From the NCBI GenBank assembly GCA_963697335.1, contig CAVONQ010000018.1, forward strand, positions 320,001 to 384,000: a stretch of DNA of 64,000 nt. The letters run 5' to 3'. Numbering within the stretch: the stretch's first letter is position 1; the number at the start of each line of letters is the position of its first letter. The notes under the pieces were generated by a model. It was not told the origin of the DNA. It searched no databases and was given only the letters and a program-made list of their open reading frames with translations. A program made the translations under genes and the position numbers. This DNA comes from an uncultured cyanobacterium. Lineage in GTDB: Bacteria; Cyanobacteriota; Cyanobacteriia; PCC-6307; Cyanobiaceae. Shown piece after piece: positions 51,810 through 60,173 of this stretch.

Positions 51810-52514
51810 TCAGGCGGGCAGGGGGGTGGGCGCCAGGTCGCCCAGTTCCGCCAGCAGCCGCTGGGTGGCGTGGAAGGCCAGTTCCGCCTCCTCCAGCAGC
51901 TCCTCCTCCTGCTGCGGGTTCAGCGTGAGGGCTTCGATGCCGTCGTGCAGGGCCTGCTTGAGGGAGGGGATGTCGCGCTCAAAGGCCCAGAAGCTCACAT
52001 CGCTGAGCCCATGGCGCTTCAGGATCGCCCTGGCCTGCTGGGCCAGCTGCTGGCCGCCGGAGAGGTCGCCGCCGTAGCGCACATAGACGTGGGCCATCAG
52101 CCGGTGGGGAGCCTGCGCTGCCAGCACCCGCAACTGCTCCAGCCAGATGGCGGCCGCCGCCGAGGGGGGCGTGGCCGGCAGGCGGTTCAGCAGGGCCAGG
52201 TCGTGGGCCAGGGCGGTGGAGCGGGCCAGGGCCGGCCAGGGCAGCTCGGTGGCCCCCAGGGCCGCGGCGAGGGCTGGCGCGTCCTGCTCCAGCAGGGCGT
52301 AGGCGGGGCCCAGGGCCCGCAGCAGGGCGGCCAGGTGCAGGGGATCGGCTTCACCGGCCAGCAGGGCACGCGAGAAGTGCATCCCCTCGGCTTGGTGGTG
52401 GGCCTTGCCGATGCGGGCGTGCAGCCTGCGGACCCGGGGACCGAGCTGTCGGCGCCCCCGGGCGTCCTCAGGGCTGGCGTGGTCGGAAATGGAGGCGGGA
52501 TGGGCGGTGACCAT
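51810..52514 (-). CDS. Heme oxygenase (biliverdin-producing), HO2-like by context
   Basis: Proximal His in KAHHQAE; distal helix AHVYVRYGGDLSGGQ; alternative start 52538. Confidence 0.9.
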   Translation of the reverse strand: MVTAHPASISDHASPEDARGRRQLGPRVRRLHARIGKAHHQAEGMHFSRALLAGEADPLHLAALLRALGPAYALLEQDAPALAAALGATELPWPALARSTALAHDLALLNRLPATPPSAAAAIWLEQLRVLAAQAPHRLMAHVYVRYGGDLSGGQQLAQQARAILKRHGLSDVSFWAFERDIPSLKQALHDGIEALTLNPQQEEELLEEAELAFHATQRLLAELGDLAPTPLPA

Positions 52515-52623
52515 GGCGAATTCGGTAATCAATGGCATAACAGTAGCGTTTTAACGCCCTATCGCCAGGATGGCGGCGGCGCCTGTTGTCTTGTGTCATG
52601 CGCCGCCTGATGGGCTGGGGTCC

Positions 52624-53655
52624 TCATGCGGGGGCCGACCCTGCGGCCACCATCGGCTGGCAGAACTGGCGCAGCAGCAGCACCGCGAAGCGCCCCTGCA
52701 GCACCAGACGACGCAGCGGCCTGCCCTTGGCCTGGCGCAGCTCCCGAAAGGTGGCCACCAGGCGATCGCGCAGGGCCAGGAACGCGCCCCCCTCCAGGTC
52801 GAACACCACCGGAAAGGCTCGGCGGGCTGTGCGGTTGGTCTGCCGCAGCACCTCGGCGTCGAAGTGGTTGGGATCGAGGCCCAGCAGCCGGTAGAAGTCG
52901 CCGCGTTCACACACGGTGAGGCTGTGGGTGAGAAATACGCTCCAGAGGAAAAAGCGACTCAGCAGGCGGCCGTGCCAGCCGCTGTTCAGCCCTGGCCAGC
53001 AGCGGATCAGCATGTTGAAGATGTCACCGTGGCGGTTCTCGTCCTGACACCAGGGCTCGAAGAAATCAAACAGCGGCGCGAACGAATGCTGCGGATGGAG
53101 CTTGAGGTGCCGATCGATCAGGATGTAACGCCAATAGCCAATCTTCTCGGAGAGGTACACCGAATAGAGCACCCAGTTGAGGGGGAACCAGGTGACCGGC
53201 CGCCTGCCGCCCATGGCCGGCAGGTCGATCTCGATCCCCTCCGCCACCAGGGCCCGGTTGAGAAAGCCGGCGTGGCGGGCCTCATCGCGGGCCATCAGGC
53301 TGAACAGGCGGCTGAGCTCCGGGCGCTGGGCCCGTTGCAGCTGGCGGGAGAGCTCCTTGAACAGCAGGAAGCCGGAGAACTCCGACACGCAGGAGCGCAC
53401 CAGATAGCTCTCATAAGCTGTTTGTTCGGCATCGTTGAGGCCCGAGAGCCGGCCCAGGGGAGCCCGACGATCGAAGTGGTCGCGGTTGTAATCCGTTTCC
53501 ATCTCCTGGAGCATCGCCTCGAACGACGCCCGCTGCTGCTCCAGATCGGTGCGGGCGGCCTTGCCGATCTCGGTGGTGTAGAAGCGCGGCGTCAGCAGGT
53601 CGTCCCGCAGGTGGGGGGCGGGGCCGGCTGCAGCGGTTGCTGGGGCTTTGGTCAT
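52624..53655 (-). CDS. acsF: Mg-protoporphyrin IX monomethyl ester oxidative cyclase (AcsF/ChlA II-like by context)
   Basis: LLTPRFYTT, EFSGFLL, DEARHAG, EKIGYWRY, DENRHGD di-iron motifs. Confidence 0.96.
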   Translation of the reverse strand: MTKAPATAAAGPAPHLRDDLLTPRFYTTEIGKAARTDLEQQRASFEAMLQEMETDYNRDHFDRRAPLGRLSGLNDAEQTAYESYLVRSCVSEFSGFLLFKELSRQLQRAQRPELSRLFSLMARDEARHAGFLNRALVAEGIEIDLPAMGGRRPVTWFPLNWVLYSVYLSEKIGYWRYILIDRHLKLHPQHSFAPLFDFFEPWCQDENRHGDIFNMLIRCWPGLNSGWHGRLLSRFFLWSVFLTHSLTVCERGDFYRLLGLDPNHFDAEVLRQTNRTARRAFPVVFDLEGGAFLALRDRLVATFRELRQAKGRPLRRLVLQGRFAVLLLRQFCQPMVAAGSAPA

Positions 53656-53725
53656 GGCCGAGACGGGAGCAGGGAGAGAGGGGGCGCGGGCAGACAGCGC
53701 CCAGGCACTGGCCACAGCCTATAAC

Positions 53726-53768
53726 GACATCGTGATGTCACGTCATCTGCAAGACGCTTAATTGCGTT
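53726..53768. promoter_or_regulatory. Palindromic operator candidates in the acsF/arsR divergent promoter
   Basis: GACATC-GT-GATGTC, overlapping CGTGA-TG-TCACG, and ACGC-TTAATT-GCGT. Confidence 0.5.
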
Positions 53769-53807
53769 AGGCTTGTAACTCCGGTTCCCGATCCCCGGCG
53801 CCTGCCC

Positions 53808-54113
53808 ATGGAGCACCTGGCCGACTACTTCAAAGTGTTCTCTGAGCCCAACCGCCTGGCGGTGCTTGAGGCCTTGCGGTCCGGTCCGCTCAACGTCACG
53901 GCCGTGGTGGAGGCCACTGGCCTCAGCCAGGCCCTGGTGTCGAAGCACCTGAAGCTGCTCACCATCGCCGGCGTGGTGCAACGCCGTCCCGAGGGCGCCC
54001 TTGTGTATTACTCCGTGATCGATCCGGCCGTGTTCCAGCTGATGGCCGAGGCCCAGCGCCTGCTGCTGGAGTCCCGGCGGCAGCAGCTCGACGCCCTGGC
54101 CGCCATCCTGTGA
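53808..54113 (+). CDS. ArsR/SmtB family transcriptional regulator without cysteines
   Basis: FKVFSEPNRLAVL, SQALVSKHLKLL, GVVQRRPEG..VYY winged-HTH pattern. Confidence 0.92.
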   Translation: MEHLADYFKVFSEPNRLAVLEALRSGPLNVTAVVEATGLSQALVSKHLKLLTIAGVVQRRPEGALVYYSVIDPAVFQLMAEAQRLLLESRRQQLDALAAIL

Positions 54114-54787
54114 TGGCCCCTTGTCCCGGCGCCCGCCCGCTGCCGAGCACGCTGGGCGAGCTGCGCGCGGCCCTGGCCGCCGGCGTGCGTGAGTTCGGCG
54201 GCCTGCAGCTGGCTGAGCTGGATGCCCACGACCTCAACCTCTCCAGTTGCGACCTGCGCGGCGGCTGTTTCAAGGAGGCCCGCTTCGGGCGCGCCAACCT
54301 CAGCCAGGCGAGCGTGGAGGGCTGCCGCTTCCAGCGGGCCCTGATCTGGGGCGCCGACCTCTCCGGCCTCAAGGCCGCCCATTCCTTCTGGCAGGAGGCC
54401 GACCTCTCCGGCTCCCGCCTCCAGGCCGCCGACTTCTCGGCGGCCCAGTTGCACCGCTGTTGCCTGCGCGGGGTGGTGGCCGCAGGCAGCTGCTGGGCCC
54501 AGGCCCGGCTGGTGGAGGCCGACTTCCGCTCCGGCCTAGACCAGCTCACCGACCTGGGCCAGGCCGATTTCCGGGGCGCCGACCTCTGCTTTGCGCTCCT
54601 GCAGGGCGCCAACCTGCATGCCGCCAGCCTGCAGGGCAGCAGCCTCTATGGCGCCAGCCTGGCCGGCGCCGACCTGCGCCAGGCGGACCTGCGCGGCTGT
54701 GACCTGCGGGAGACCGATCTGGCAGGGGCCCAACTGGAGGGCGCCCTGCTCGATGGGGCCCTGCTGCCGCGCCACCTCACGGCCTAG
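54113..54787 (+). CDS. Pentapeptide repeat protein, Cys-rich
   Basis: Continuous A(D/N)LXX repeats (ANLSQ, ADLSG, ADFRG, ADLRQ); TGATG overlap with arsR. Confidence 0.92.
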   Translation: MAPCPGARPLPSTLGELRAALAAGVREFGGLQLAELDAHDLNLSSCDLRGGCFKEARFGRANLSQASVEGCRFQRALIWGADLSGLKAAHSFWQEADLSGSRLQAADFSAAQLHRCCLRGVVAAGSCWAQARLVEADFRSGLDQLTDLGQADFRGADLCFALLQGANLHAASLQGSSLYGASLAGADLRQADLRGCDLRETDLAGAQLEGALLDGALLPRHLTA

Positions 54788-54821
54788 GGCGCGGCAGGCC
54801 GGTGAATGGGCACCGTCGCGC

Positions 54822-55838
54822 TTAGAGCTGCTCAGCGGCGAGGGCCAGGGCCCCGGCACAGGCGTCGCCGGCGGGAGCGGCGAGGCTGGCCAGGGGCAGT
54901 TGGCTCTCCAGGGCCAGCTCCAGTTGCCGGCGCAGGCCTCTGAGGTGCTCCAGGGCCCCGCCCATGGGCCAGATCCGCGGCTGCTCCAGGTTCAACTCCC
55001 GGGCGATGGTGGCCGCCATCGTCGCCAGGGCCTCGGCATGGCGGCGCACGATCGCCAGGGCCGCGCCATCGCCGGCTTCGGCGCAGGCCACCACCACCGG
55101 GGCCAGCCGCGCGAATCCAGCCGGGCCGAATTCAGGCGTCACCACCAGGGCTTTGATGGCCTGGGGGCTGTCGGGCTGGTCCGGATCGAGGCCCAGCTCA
55201 TCCCATAGCCGCCGCCTCAGGTCGCTGCCAGGCCGGCGTCCATCGGCCATCTCCAGGGACACACCCAGCCCATCGCGGCCGATGTCCATGGCCGAGCCCA
55301 TTCCGTCGAGCAGCCAGCCCCAGCCGGCGCAGCGGTGCTCCCGGCCCTCGCGGTTGCGGCCCACGGCAATCGTGCCGGTGCCGCTGATCAGCACCAGCCC
55401 CTCCTGGGCGACCCCCATGGCGCCGCGCAGGGCGGCCCGCTCATCCCCGGTCACCAGCAGGCGCCCGTGGGGCAGTTGCAGCGCCTCGGCGGCCAGCCGG
55501 GTGCCCTCGGCCTGGATGCCGCTGCCCACTTCGATGCCGCTGGCGCCGATGCCCACTGCCTCCAGCAGGGGATGGTGGCCCGGCAGGTGCTGCTGGCGCG
55601 CTCCGGCCGGCACGGGGGCCCCGTCACTGAGGCCGGAGGCCGCCAGGGCCAGGGCCAGGCTGGTGCGCAGGGCCTGGCAGAAGGCCTCGGGGCCGCCCGG
55701 GGCCGCGAGATGGCGAACGCCCGGGCCCTCGCCCTGGGCGAGGCAGGACCAACTGCCGTCAGGGTGGCGCTCGGCCAGCCGGCAGGTGGTGTGGGTCTGG
55801 CCGGCGTCGAAACCGGCGATCAGGGCTGCAGGCGTCAT
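54822..55838 (-). CDS. BadF/BadG/BcrA/BcrD ATPase, N-acetylglucosamine kinase-like
   Basis: GFDAGQTHT, ISGTGTI, GWGWLLDGMGSA. Confidence 0.88.
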   Translation of the reverse strand: MTPAALIAGFDAGQTHTTCRLAERHPDGSWSCLAQGEGPGVRHLAAPGGPEAFCQALRTSLALALAASGLSDGAPVPAGARQQHLPGHHPLLEAVGIGASGIEVGSGIQAEGTRLAAEALQLPHGRLLVTGDERAALRGAMGVAQEGLVLISGTGTIAVGRNREGREHRCAGWGWLLDGMGSAMDIGRDGLGVSLEMADGRRPGSDLRRRLWDELGLDPDQPDSPQAIKALVVTPEFGPAGFARLAPVVVACAEAGDGAALAIVRRHAEALATMAATIARELNLEQPRIWPMGGALEHLRGLRRQLELALESQLPLASLAAPAGDACAGALALAAEQL

Positions 55839-55842
55839 CGGC

Positions 55843-57162
55843 TCAGCCCTGCTGGCGCCGCCGCTGGCTGGCGGCAGCCAGGGTGGCCACGCTGAACCAG
55901 GCGCTCAGCTGAACCTCCGGCCGGAAGAAGATCGTGTCGGTGAGCCCCTGCACCCCCAGGCCCGCGATCACGGCCAGGGCAGCCAGGGCGGGCAGGGCGT
56001 CGCTGCCGGCCGCGCCCCAGCTCCGCAGCCCCTCCCGCAGGCTCGTGAGCACCAGGCCCACCCCCACCATCAGGCCCGGAATGCCCGCCTCCACGGCCAG
56101 TTCCAGGGGGATCGAGTAGGCGCTCAGGGCGTTGAACTTGGGCTGCTGGAACAGCGGGTAGATGCGGTTGAAGGCCTCGTTGCCAGGCCCGATCCCCAGC
56201 CAGGGACGGGCCTGGATCATGTCCAGGGCGGCCAGCCACACATTGATGCGGAAGTTGTTGGAGCTGTCCTCGCGACCCGCCACCAGGCTCATCACCCGCA
56301 CCCGCAGGGGCTCCACCTGGGTCACCAACACCACCAGCAGGGCCGTGGCCAGCAGCAGCAGCAGCAGCGGCACCAGCCGCCGCCACAGCAACGGCCAGCT
56401 GCGGGTGAGCCCCAGGGCGAGCAGCAGCAACATCACCGCCGCCTGCGCCACCAGGGCCATCCAGGCGCCGCGGCTGTAGGTGAGCACCAGGGCTGCCGTG
56501 CCCAGGCCCAGGGCACTGAGGGCAAACAGCCTGGAGGGCCAGCCCTGCCACCGCAACAGGGCCGCCACCGCCAGGGGCAGGATCGGCAGCAGGTAGCCCC
56601 CCAGCAGGTTGGGGTTGCCCAGGGTGCTGTAGATGCGCACCGTGCCGTCACTCACCGAGTTGGGATCGGCCCAGCGGGCCAGGGCACCGGTGTCGGCATA
56701 GAGCTGGCGCAGCCCGATCACCGAGGCCAGCAGCTGGCCGCCCAGCAGGGCCGCCACCAGGCGGTCCCACCAGGCGGGCGCCTGCACCAGCAGCTCCTGC
56801 ATCAGGGCGTAGACACCCAGATAGCTCACCAGCTTGAGCAGTCCCTTGGTGGCCTCCACCGGCACTGGTGAGAATCCGGTGGCCAGCAGGGCCACCGCCA
56901 GGATGGCCAGGATCCAGCCCTGCAGGGCGCCGATGCCCCCCGGCGGCCGGCGCAGGGCCAGCAGCAGCCACAGCAGGCCACAGGCCAGGATCAGCAGCGA
57001 CATCCCCGCCCTTGTGAGGAAGGGGAGCCCGGCCAGCAGCGCACAGAGCGTGAGGCCGGCGATCGGCAGCAGCCGCTGGGCCAACGGTCCGCCGCCCTGC
57101 CCCAGAAGCCCCTGCCAGCGCAGCAGCAGCGGGGGCGGGGCGGGCCGGATGGAATCAGCCAC
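55843..57162 (-). CDS. ictB: IctB family O-antigen ligase-like membrane protein
   Basis: RIYSTLGNPNLL, TYSRGAW, REDSSNNFRINVW, GIGPGN, ALSAYS; GTG start inferred. Confidence 0.93.
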   Translation of the reverse strand: MADSIRPAPPPLLLRWQGLLGQGGGPLAQRLLPIAGLTLCALLAGLPFLTRAGMSLLILACGLLWLLLALRRPPGGIGALQGWILAILAVALLATGFSPVPVEATKGLLKLVSYLGVYALMQELLVQAPAWWDRLVAALLGGQLLASVIGLRQLYADTGALARWADPNSVSDGTVRIYSTLGNPNLLGGYLLPILPLAVAALLRWQGWPSRLFALSALGLGTAALVLTYSRGAWMALVAQAAVMLLLLALGLTRSWPLLWRRLVPLLLLLLATALLVVLVTQVEPLRVRVMSLVAGREDSSNNFRINVWLAALDMIQARPWLGIGPGNEAFNRIYPLFQQPKFNALSAYSIPLELAVEAGIPGLMVGVGLVLTSLREGLRSWGAAGSDALPALAALAVIAGLGVQGLTDTIFFRPEVQLSAWFSVATLAAASQRRRQQG

Positions 57163-57188
57163 GGCGGCGATCGAAGTGTCTGGCGGGA

Positions 57189-57886
57189 TTATGGGCGGGG
57201 GGCGTTGGCGGCCATCGGACCCGGCTCCAACTCCGCCAGCGGCGGCACGGGTTGGCCATTGCGCTTGTAGAGCACCCGGTAGACCGGCAGGCCCCGGGCC
57301 AGCACGAAACTCTCCCGTTCGGTGGGCACCGGCAGCGGGTTGGTGGGGCGCCAGGGCCTCGGATCGGCAGCGGGGCGCGCGAAGCAGCCGCTCGCCTCGA
57401 TCAGCGTCACCATCGGCAACACCACGTCCTGTACATCGCTCTGAATGAACAGCTCGCGGCCCGGCAGCAGGCCGCCGGCCAGGGCGTGCAGCAGGGCGGG
57501 TTGCAGCACCCGCCGCTTGTGGTGCCGGTGCTTGAACCAGGGATCGGGAAACTGGATCGAGACGCGCTCCAGCTGCCCCGGCTCCAGCTGGGCCAGCCAT
57601 GCTCCCAGGCTCACGTTGGCATTGGCGTAGAGGATCCGGGCATGGCCCAGCTGGCGGGCCTCGCGCTCGGCTTCGGCGGCCTCCACCAGGGGCAGGCGGA
57701 TCTCCAGGCCCAGGTAGTTGCGCTGGGGTTCGGCCTCGGCCATGGCCAGCAGAAAGCGGCCCCGGGCACAGCCGATGTCGAGATGGATCGGCCGCTTCGG
57801 CTGCTCGAACAGCTCCTCGGGCGGCGGCAGCGGAACGGGGTAGCCTGGTGGTAGCTGCTGAGGGGGTTGACGTGCTGGCGCACCAT
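57189..57886 (-). pseudogene. trmB: tRNA (guanine-N7) methyltransferase, apparently frameshifted near the 5' end
   Basis: [10 protein letters not shown] in one frame; [25 protein letters not shown] in another. Confidence 0.8.
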
Positions 57887-59190
57887 CAGCCGCGTTCCTG
57901 CCCGGCGGCAGGAGGCACTTGGACGTCAGCACGGGGCACCACGAAACCCCAGCTGGCCGTGTAGCCATGCAGCTGGGTGCTGCCGGCAATCGGGCCGATC
58001 TCGCCGTTGCAGAAGGCCCCGGCCACCGGCAGGCTGCCGAAGGCCTCGCGGCACAGCGTCACATCGCCATCGGCCTCGCCGTAGAGCCCCTGGCCCCGGC
58101 CCAGGCAGGCGAACAGCAGGGTGGCCAGCGGCTGGGCCTGGCGGCCTTGCTGCAGCGCCAGCAACTGGCGCAGTTCCTGGCGTGAGGCGGTGGCATCCCG
58201 CAGCTGGAACTGCACCTGCTGGCCCACCCGCATCCGCTCCGCCACCGCCACGGCGCCGTTGCGGGGATCGACCCCGATCAGATTGCGCACCAGGAAGGCC
58301 GTCGGCTCCTTGTTCTCGCCGCTCTCAAGGCTGAAGCTGTTGCGGCCCACGCCGAGGAAGAGAGAGTGCTTCACCAGGTCCCGTTCCTGGGCTGAAAGGC
58401 CGATCAGGATGTCCTGCAGGGCGGCCACCGGGCTGTTGCGGCGGCTGTTCTGGCTCACTTCCAGCACCACGTTGCGCTCGGCCTGCTCCACCTCGAAGAT
58501 CGGCCCGATCGGCCTGCAGCCCTGGGCCACCACCGGATCGAGCCCCCAGGCGCCACCGATCAGGCAGCCCACCACGCCGCTGACCACCCGGTCGCCCAGC
58601 AGCAGCGAGCCGTGGCGAGCACTGTGCTGGCCGGCGATGCCCCCCACCTTCACGGCTGCGGGACAGGCGTAGTCGAGGCCACTGATCAGGTCGTTGATGG
58701 CGGGGAAGGCCGGGTCGATCAGCAGCAGCATCGAGTGGGCCGTGCGGGGATCGGGATCCCCCAGCAAGGCCAGCCAGGGCTCGGCCGGCCCGTCGAGATC
58801 CGGCAGGCTGTCGCCCTCGATCGCGAAGGGCTGCAGGCTCGCCCCCGGCAGCCGCAGCAGCATCACGCTGATGCCGGGCTCCTGCTCCAGCTCGCAGCTG
58901 AGTCCGTCCGCCGGGGTGCCCACCACGCCGCCGCCCAGGCAGCCGAGCCAGTGGCTGGCCCTGATGCGTTGCTGCAGCAGGGGTAGCAGGCGGGGCAGAT
59001 CACTGGCGTAGCTCGCGGACACGAACACCAGGGCCAGGTCGGCAGGGCCGACCCCGCGCAGCTGTTGGCTGATCTCCTGAAGACTGCCGTCGAGGGAGGC
59101 TTCTCTGGACAGGGCTGTGCGGCACCAGGGGGCGTTGGGGCCGGGCCCCTGACGCGGGATCAACCAACGGGGCAGTGAGAACGCAGCCAT
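57886..59190 (-). CDS. FIST signal transduction domain protein
   Basis: [51 protein letters not shown]. Confidence 0.92.
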   Translation of the reverse strand: MAAFSLPRWLIPRQGPGPNAPWCRTALSREASLDGSLQEISQQLRGVGPADLALVFVSASYASDLPRLLPLLQQRIRASHWLGCLGGGVVGTPADGLSCELEQEPGISVMLLRLPGASLQPFAIEGDSLPDLDGPAEPWLALLGDPDPRTAHSMLLLIDPAFPAINDLISGLDYACPAAVKVGGIAGQHSARHGSLLLGDRVVSGVVGCLIGGAWGLDPVVAQGCRPIGPIFEVEQAERNVVLEVSQNSRRNSPVAALQDILIGLSAQERDLVKHSLFLGVGRNSFSLESGENKEPTAFLVRNLIGVDPRNGAVAVAERMRVGQQVQFQLRDATASRQELRQLLALQQGRQAQPLATLLFACLGRGQGLYGEADGDVTLCREAFGSLPVAGAFCNGEIGPIAGSTQLHGYTASWGFVVPRADVQVPPAAGQERG

Positions 59191-59242
59191 GGGCGGACCC
59201 TATCGCCAGCAGCACATGCGGATAATGGCGCCTTACCGAACC

Positions 59243-59866
59243 ATGCTTGTGCCGGATTCGCTGTACCGATCCCTGGTGTGGCTGGATGTCCGTTTAGCGG
59301 TGCTGTTCACCGTGGGACTGCCGCTGGTGCTGCTGCTCTGGGCCACCCTGCGGCGGGAGAGGGCGTTGCTGCGGCTGCTGGGGATCTACTGGAAGGTGTC
59401 GAGCCTGCTGCTGATCGCCGTGCTGCTGCTCACCGACCGCCGCCCCGCCGGGCTGCTGCTGGCCCTGATCGGCCCCTTGCTGGTAGCGGTGAGCCTCTGG
59501 CTGTGGGTGGATCTGAACGAGGAGCTCGCCGACCTTCCCCCCTGGCGCCCGCTGCCGCTGACCCTGCGCATCTGGCGCTGGTCGATCACCTTCTGGGCGC
59601 CGATCAGTGCCCTGTTCAGTGCCACGGCCCTCGGCTGCATGGCCCCGGCGCGGCTGGGGGAGGCCCGCTGCCTGGCCTGGCTGCAGGCCCCCCAGGAGCT
59701 GCATCGCCATGGGGCTGCCGTGTTCGGCTTCGTGTTCGGGGGGCAGTGGACGCCTGCAGTGGCGGCCTTCGTGGGCTATCTGGCCCTGGTGGGCTACGCC
59801 GTGGGCCTGCTGCAGTGGCTGCTGGTGCGCCTGCCGCGCCAGGGGAGGGTGGCCGGTGACTTCTGA
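59243..59866 (+). CDS. DUF3177-like membrane protein
   Basis: LVWLDVRLAVLFTV, YWKVSSLL, WVDLNEEL, RLPRQGR. Confidence 0.82.
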   Translation: MLVPDSLYRSLVWLDVRLAVLFTVGLPLVLLLWATLRRERALLRLLGIYWKVSSLLLIAVLLLTDRRPAGLLLALIGPLLVAVSLWLWVDLNEELADLPPWRPLPLTLRIWRWSITFWAPISALFSATALGCMAPARLGEARCLAWLQAPQELHRHGAAVFGFVFGGQWTPAVAAFVGYLALVGYAVGLLQWLLVRLPRQGRVAGDF

Positions 59867-60149
59867 GCTGCTGCCCCGCCTGGAAGAGCTCAGCCGCGCC
59901 CGGCCGGATCGGGTGCTGCGCCTGCGGGGCGCCCTCGACGCTGAACCGCTGGAGCTGCTGATCTTCCGGGGCTTCTCCTGCAGCACCACCCACCCCACGG
60001 CCTTCGATCCCGACCAGCCCGTGCTGCCCGCCGCCGGCAGTGTGGAGTCGGCGGAGCTGCTCCAGGGTCCCCTGACCCCAGGCACCGAGCTGCTGCTGGC
60101 CGGGCCGCTGCCCCCCAGTGATTTTCTGGAGCCCCAGGCCTGGCTCTGA
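59856..60149 (+). CDS. Conserved hypothetical cyanobacterial protein
   Basis: LLIFRGFSCSTTHPTAFDPDQPVLP motif; GTG start overlapping the upstream gene. Confidence 0.8.
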   Translation: MTSELLPRLEELSRARPDRVLRLRGALDAEPLELLIFRGFSCSTTHPTAFDPDQPVLPAAGSVESAELLQGPLTPGTELLLAGPLPPSDFLEPQAWL

Positions 60150-60173
60150 GGCGCGCCGAGCCTGGGCCCCCGT

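Noticed and set aside
53785..53805. TTCCC as a ChlR half-site
   Set aside because: No GGWAA partner at 3-4 nt spacing.
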